From a virus: 10,428 nt of DNA. The stretch lies in UHGV virus genome UHGV-0062899. One strand, 5' to 3'. The translations under genes were made by a program, and so were the position numbers. Shown here in pieces: positions 6,146 through 10,428 of this stretch (its first letter is position 1; the number at the start of each line of letters is the position of its first letter). A model generated the notes under the pieces. It searched no databases. It was not told where the DNA came from and worked only from the letters and a program-made list of their open reading frames with translations.

Positions 6146-8815
6146 CTACTGAGCGGCCGGCACTTTAAAAATCCAGCATTTCACCTGCTCAGGCTCTTTC
6201 GGGCCAGCCTCTCCACGCCCCTGATTTGCCAGTCTGGAAACCTCACTTCTTACCGTCTTCTGGCCCGTACACGGCCGCATACGCCCGTTTTTCAGGTAAT
6301 CCTGAATTTCTTTCGCCGGGGGAATATTTACACGCTGCATAGCAGCTATACGCATCAGGTGAGGGAAGTTAATGGCGATCTCGTCGCGATTCTCTTTCCC
6401 AAAATGGTTGACGCCGAAACGCTCCAGGCTATTCAGATAATCAAAGGCATCCCAGAACTCACGAACCACAGGGATATCCGCTTCCAGCGATTTAACCCGC
6501 TCCACCGCCATCACAGTAAGCTGTTCACAGGTGCGATCGAGGCGTTCTGCGGGAATATCCAGAACACAGGTCAGCGCCCTTACACATGCAATCATCTGGG
6601 CATGATTTTTGGCAATTCGGATATGACGAATTTCAGAGTGTTGTTCCAGCCTGATTTTTTCGGCCTCATACACCTCCTGAATAATCGACAATACTGCGCT
6701 TTCCCTGCATACCGCCCGGATCATAAAACCAGATACCTGATCGACCGGCAGACGCTCAAGGCGTTCAGCCGCCGCCCTGGTCAGCGATGACTGACGGCGT
6801 TTATCCGTAAACACATGGATAATACGTTCCAGTATCGCAGGTGAGGCGTTAACGGTGGCATTCTGCGCGATGACAATGCTGCCCCTGAATGGCGGCTCTC
6901 TGGTTTCATTGTTGTTGGTCTTAACACCAATCGCCCGTAATCCGCGCCCGTTGTAGAGCGGTTTTAGCTCATCGAAGTCAAAGCCGCGCAGCTTCTTCGT
7001 GTCTTGGGCGCGATCGCCTTCAAGCAGCACGACGGGAAGGTTTGAGACCTGGGCGAAGTTACGATAAATGCCCGCAACAGAACCCTTTGAAGGGTCAATT
7101 CCCTCATAGCTGTCCCTGCCACAGAGCCGCCAGAGAAAATCAATCAGCGTGGATTTACCTGTTCCCGGTTCACCGATAATCTCCAGAAAGGGAAAGCTGG
7201 CCTGCTGTTCGCGTATCTGTTCAACGAAGAATGTTCCCAGCCAGAATGCCAGCGCGACATAGCCATTTTCACCAAAAGCCGTCCAGATATCATCGGCCCA
7301 GCCTGACGAAAGCGAATTATCATCAGAATTGATATTGATTAACGGGGATCGGCTCAGTGTCTTGATATTCATCCCACCAATCTCAAAGTAATCTTCGCTG
7401 TTCAAGGAGTAGACCTTCCCGTTATGTATCGCCAGCTTATTGAATACCCATGCCCGCCAGTCCCTGTTATACCCAATAAAGTCCTGCGTCCTGACCTCTT
7501 TGATCCGGGGCAGATCCTTTTTAATCAGACCATCGAGCTGCTGGCTGGTTCCGGTATAGAGCGCACCTTTTGCCACATGGAGGAGACGCTTTTTAAACTC
7601 AGACGCAGAAGAGATCTGCCCCGCGGTAAAGGAGTCTTTCACTGCGGGTGTATTGCCTGGAAAGGCGATGCGAAAATAATACCAGGACTCGTCTGTAACT
7701 TCTGAACGCATAAAATACAGCGGTGCGGGGTGACAATTGGCTATTTCCTTAATTGCTCCAGACTCTTTCAATGCAATACTTCTGGCTTCACGTTCATCAT
7801 TAACTTTTTTATCGTTAAGGATACGCTCAACGGCCTTCATATGGCGCTCAATGTCCAGCTTAAACCAGTACACGCAGTTCCCGTATTCGAAGTGAAACTC
7901 AGGGCGTTCATTATGTTCAAACATCCGAAGCGCCTTATCTCGGGCGCTTTCCGCCAGCAACAGATCGCCGTAATAGCGGTACTCTTTCTGGTGTCGTCTG
8001 GTCAGCTTTCCGGTAAGGTGGAGATCGTTCCAGTCAGCTTTATTGCTCCCCTGTGAAGGAAGTGCGGCAACGGCTTTCCAGCCTTGTTCACGGCTCCGCG
8101 CCACATGGCGACGTATGGCTGTTTCCCCTGCTTTCCCATTGTCCAGCGCCCAGACAAGAAACGGCTTTTCTTTGCCCTGGAATTGTTCAGCAAGCGCTTT
8201 AAGCGCGGCTTCCGGGTAGTTTCCGGCAGTCATAATGGAAACGGCAGGGGTGCCGTTCTGATAAAGGCTAATGGCGTCAAAAATCCCCTCAGTTAGCCAG
8301 ATACAACTGACTTTAGCCAGATCCAGCGCTGGCGGAACCCACCAGTGACCGGCGTACTTACCGTGGAAGTTAGCCTTTCGATCAAAGCGTTCTGGCTTGT
8401 CGATAATCCGCTCCCACCAGATACCATCAGACAGGGCAAAGCGAACCGTTGCGCTTCCCATGCCGCCCTTATGGTAGCTTTCCTGCGTATAGCAGCCCTT
8501 TAAGCAGGTAGTATCCAGCCCTCTGGCTTCTCTCAGATAGGCTTCCGCAGCGGCAAAAGGCTGCTCAGGCGTGCTCTCATAGCGATCTGACCATGAGTTA
8601 AATAATTCAGGATAGAGCGATTTTACCGACAGATCAGCGCCGCAATTATTTTCCCGGCCACAGCGCAGCACCCAAGGATTTTCCATGCTGGTAAAGAGTT
8701 CTTTCTTGTTACATTCAGGGCAAATACCTGAGCGCAGATAGCCGTTCTGCTCTTTAAACTGGTAATCATGCACCAGTCGTTTTATGATTTCGGGGCGTAG
8801 ATCTTTTCTGTTCAT
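6146..8815 (-). CDS. Bifunctional primase / P-loop NTPase replication protein (zinc-ribbon + Toprim + Walker A/B), P4 alpha-like (889 aa)
   Basis: N-terminal C-x2-C-x16-C-x5-C zinc ribbon (CPECNKK...RCGRENNC); Toprim-like motifs IWLTEGIFDAISLY and LVWALDNGKAG; Walker A GEPGTGKST with downstream VVLLEGD (Walker B-like). AAGGA Shine-Dalgarno 7 nt upstream of the ATG. Confidence 0.85.
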   Translation of the reverse strand: MNRKDLRPEIIKRLVHDYQFKEQNGYLRSGICPECNKKELFTSMENPWVLRCGRENNCGADLSVKSLYPELFNSWSDRYESTPEQPFAAAEAYLREARGLDTTCLKGCYTQESYHKGGMGSATVRFALSDGIWWERIIDKPERFDRKANFHGKYAGHWWVPPALDLAKVSCIWLTEGIFDAISLYQNGTPAVSIMTAGNYPEAALKALAEQFQGKEKPFLVWALDNGKAGETAIRRHVARSREQGWKAVAALPSQGSNKADWNDLHLTGKLTRRHQKEYRYYGDLLLAESARDKALRMFEHNERPEFHFEYGNCVYWFKLDIERHMKAVERILNDKKVNDEREARSIALKESGAIKEIANCHPAPLYFMRSEVTDESWYYFRIAFPGNTPAVKDSFTAGQISSASEFKKRLLHVAKGALYTGTSQQLDGLIKKDLPRIKEVRTQDFIGYNRDWRAWVFNKLAIHNGKVYSLNSEDYFEIGGMNIKTLSRSPLININSDDNSLSSGWADDIWTAFGENGYVALAFWLGTFFVEQIREQQASFPFLEIIGEPGTGKSTLIDFLWRLCGRDSYEGIDPSKGSVAGIYRNFAQVSNLPVVLLEGDRAQDTKKLRGFDFDELKPLYNGRGLRAIGVKTNNNETREPPFRGSIVIAQNATVNASPAILERIIHVFTDKRRQSSLTRAAAERLERLPVDQVSGFMIRAVCRESAVLSIIQEVYEAEKIRLEQHSEIRHIRIAKNHAQMIACVRALTCVLDIPAERLDRTCEQLTVMAVERVKSLEADIPVVREFWDAFDYLNSLERFGVNHFGKENRDEIAINFPHLMRIAAMQRVNIPPAKEIQDYLKNGRMRPCTGQKTVRSEVSRLANQGRGEAGPKEPEQVKCWIFKVPAAQ

Positions 8816-8826
8816 ATAAAATCCTT

Positions 8827-8849
8827 AAGCGCCGCTCATCACGGCGCTT
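8827..8849. promoter_or_regulatory. Stem-loop abutting the primase ribosome-binding site
   Basis: AAGCGCCG-CTCATCA-CGGCGCTT, a perfect 8-bp stem, between the 87-aa ORF stop (8855) and the primase Shine-Dalgarno (8823-8827). On the plus strand a T-rich run follows (TTTTATTTCAC). On the sense minus strand it is followed by UUAAGGAUUUUAU. Confidence 0.35.
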
Positions 8850-8854
8850 TTATT

Positions 8855-9118
8855 TCACTCTTTGTCTTCTTGTACAGCATGTCCCAGATATTTGTCACAA
8901 ATCCCCAGGCGTTTAACTTCCTGTAGTACTGATGAAATATCTTCACTGATATAACTGAAAATATCCGGTATCCATAAGAGTGGCATCGCGTTAGCTTCAC
9001 ACTGGCGAATATGTAAATGCATCTGAAATGCGACATTCCTCGCGCGATTCAGTTTGTGATAATTCTCAATACTGAGGTGAGACGGATTAACACTCTGAAT
9101 ATGATTACTTGTTGTCAT
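8855..9118 (-). CDS. Hypothetical protein (87 aa)
   Basis: AGAGGA Shine-Dalgarno 5-6 nt upstream of the ATG; same strand as the replication operon; no family recognised. Confidence 0.5.
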   Translation of the reverse strand: MTTSNHIQSVNPSHLSIENYHKLNRARNVAFQMHLHIRQCEANAMPLLWIPDIFSYISEDISSVLQEVKRLGICDKYLGHAVQEDKE

Positions 9119-9195
9119 GGCATAGTCCTCTTTCGACGGATGAAGGCATCCCCCGAAAATTAATTCGGTTTAAACTGACTCAGATTAAATACGTG

Positions 9196-9429
9196 TTATC
9201 GGCTCTGATTAATAAATAATGGCGTGATTATTTCCAGCACCTTTAGCGCTTTAAAATGCGTTAATCCTTCCCAACGTAGCTGGGCCGTAGCCCGGATTAT
9301 TGCATCATCGCGATTAAGCGCCTCAACCGTCACCTGTGCACTGCGCGTATAACCTTTACGCGTCACCGCATAACCAGAAACCTGATAAGATTTATTCCTT
9401 GTTACTTTACCGCGAAAGATATTAGCCAT
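9196..9429 (-). CDS. Hypothetical small protein g5 (77 aa)
   Basis: Start ATGGCTAA overlaps the stop of the upstream gene by 8 nt (translational coupling). Basic protein; no family recognised. Confidence 0.55.
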   Translation of the reverse strand: MANIFRGKVTRNKSYQVSGYAVTRKGYTRSAQVTVEALNRDDAIIRATAQLRWEGLTHFKALKVLEIITPLFINQSR

Positions 9430-9616
9430 GTTTCACCTTCCCGACTGTTACGGTGTATTCATTATCATCGGCATATTTCCCGTTACAGGTAATAACATCG
9501 GCCATTTTACAGGCTGCTTTCACCGCCTTAACGGATGATTTATATTCCTGCGTGCTTTGATAATTTTGTATTTCGCCAGTAATAACGTTACGGCAGGTAA
9601 TGAACAGTTTATACAT
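9422..9616 (-). CDS. Hypothetical small protein g4 (64 aa), paralog of g3
   Basis: Start taken at the internal ATG (MYKLFIT...) preceded by GGAGG and overlapping the g3 stop (ATGTATAA). N-terminus and length resemble g3. Confidence 0.55.
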   Translation of the reverse strand: MYKLFITCRNVITGEIQNYQSTQEYKSSVKAVKAACKMADVITCNGKYADDNEYTVTVGKVKHG

Positions 9617-9800
9617 TTCCGGCCTCCGCAATTTTCACAATACATTCATGCGTTACGGTGCCGATGGCATTCTTATGGATATACGCCATTTTCTGCGCGT
9701 CTTTCCATGCAGCTTCGCGGGTTTTATAGCGGCCAATGTGAACCAGTTCGCGCCGGTCGCCAGCTTCGTGATTAATCAGGGTGATAAGCAGTTTAAACAT
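9609..9800 (-). CDS. Hypothetical small protein g3 (63 aa), paralog of g4
   Basis: Start taken at ATG (MFKLLIT...) overlapping the g2 stop (ATGTTTAA), preceded by GAGGTGG. The track ORF is 4 codons longer at its 5-prime end. Confidence 0.55.
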   Translation of the reverse strand: MFKLLITLINHEAGDRRELVHIGRYKTREAAWKDAQKMAYIHKNAIGTVTHECIVKIAEAGNV

Positions 9801-10047
9801 GAGCCACCTCACGAGCTGTTATCCGATCTTTTAATTCAGCAATTAAGCGGTTCAGGACGTCCCGCCCTTTATCGTTCAAAGCGTCAAGGCCGTAATCGTA
9901 AGCGGCAAAAATGGCGATCTCCATTTCACGCGAATCTATTTCAACCGTTACTTTTGTACCTGGCTTGATGAAAGCTGGCGGCGCGTAGTGGTTATCATGG
10001 AACGGGTTAAGTGTTGCGGCTTTTTGGTTATCAAGGGGGTTAAACAT
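9793..10047 (-). CDS. Hypothetical small protein g2 (84 aa)
   Basis: Start taken at ATG (MFNPLDNQ...) overlapping the g1 stop (ATGTTTAA), preceded by GAGGTGG. C-terminus is REVAHV, the same as g1. Confidence 0.55.
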   Translation of the reverse strand: MFNPLDNQKAATLNPFHDNHYAPPAFIKPGTKVTVEIDSREMEIAIFAAYDYGLDALNDKGRDVLNRLIAELKDRITAREVAHV

Positions 10048-10237
10048 GGGCCACCTCGCGAACCGGCAGACGACCGGCAAAAGAGGCGATAAATTCACGC
10101 GCTATAACGCGGCGTGCGGCCTGATAGGTTGAGGCGGTGACTTCTTCACGGTGTGGACGTGCGGACACGTCAGAACGGCGCACAGCGAGAAAAAGCCAAA
10201 CAAATTGGGGATGCAATGGGGCAGGGGTTGTCATCAT
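10040..10237 (-). CDS. Hypothetical small protein g1 (65 aa); alternative longer start at 10417
   Basis: ATG-ATG pair with AAGGAG 9 nt upstream (MMTTPAPLHPQF...). The frame stays open upstream to 10417 (125-aa track ORF), but that extension has no ribosome-binding site and contains a dyad repeat. Confidence 0.45.
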   Translation of the reverse strand: MMTTPAPLHPQFVWLFLAVRRSDVSARPHREEVTASTYQAARRVIAREFIASFAGRLPVREVAHV

Positions 10238-10266
10238 AATGATGATCTCCTTGTACTTAATTAAGG

Positions 10267-10307
10267 AGTCACCACCGGAGTTTCCACGCTCATGATTGGT
10301 GGTGACA
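10267..10307. promoter_or_regulatory. Dyad symmetry element upstream of the small-ORF cassette; candidate operator
   Basis: AGTCACCACC (10267-10276) and GGTGGTGACT (10298-10307): perfect 10-bp inverted arms with a 21-bp spacer, ~30 bp upstream of the g1 start. A near-palindrome TCATCATAATGATGA (10231-10245) covers the start codon. Confidence 0.3.
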
Positions 10308-10428
10308 CTGACAGGGGTGGAAATACCGGCGTACAAGGAGACCGGCCAGCCCGAAAGCTGCCCTGCCAGAGCCACCATTGATACTGCGCGGATCTGCTCC
10401 GCTGAATATGGTGGCACTGATTTAACGA

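Noticed and set aside
6359-8296. Track ORFs inside the primase gene (6359..6790, 7424..7705, 7730..8056, 8002..8193, 8084..8296)
   Set aside because: Embedded in or antisense to the 889-aa primase/NTPase ORF, whose motifs are intact throughout.
8839-10098. Track ORFs 8839..9036 (-), 9557..9775 (+), 9600..9968 (+), and the 5-prime extensions of the g2-g4 track ORFs
   Set aside because: They overlap the small-ORF cassette out of frame or antisense. For g2-g4 the internal ATGs that overlap the preceding stop and follow a Shine-Dalgarno are more credible starts than the longest-ORF starts.
1-10428. CRISPR arrays, rRNA genes, IS elements or transposase genes
   Set aside because: No spacer-repeat periodicity, no rRNA-like conserved stretches, and no terminal inverted repeats or transposase motifs seen on either strand.

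Overview
This window reads as most of a compact P2/P4-family satellite-phage-like element, with almost every real gene on the minus strand. From right to left: five tightly overlapping small ORFs (63-84 aa), an 87-aa ORF, an 889-aa zinc-ribbon/Toprim primase fused to a P-loop NTPase (P4 alpha-like), a complete 326-aa P2-Int-like tyrosine recombinase, an AT-rich GGTTACAA iteron array (putative origin), a cos-like site, one plus-strand ribbon-helix-helix-like gene, then an operon of a 245-aa helical protein (possibly Sid-like), a P2 gpN-family major capsid homolog and an Ogr/Delta zinc-finger activator, a tRNA 3-prime-end-like att core, and a P4-type integrase running off the left edge. The most unusual points are a capsid-protein gene inside a satellite-type module, two intact integrases of different families, an unsplit att core, and the uncharacterised small-ORF cassette. 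No rRNA, complete tRNA, CRISPR array or IS element was found. All family assignments rest on motif recognition and recalled reference sequences, not on searches.
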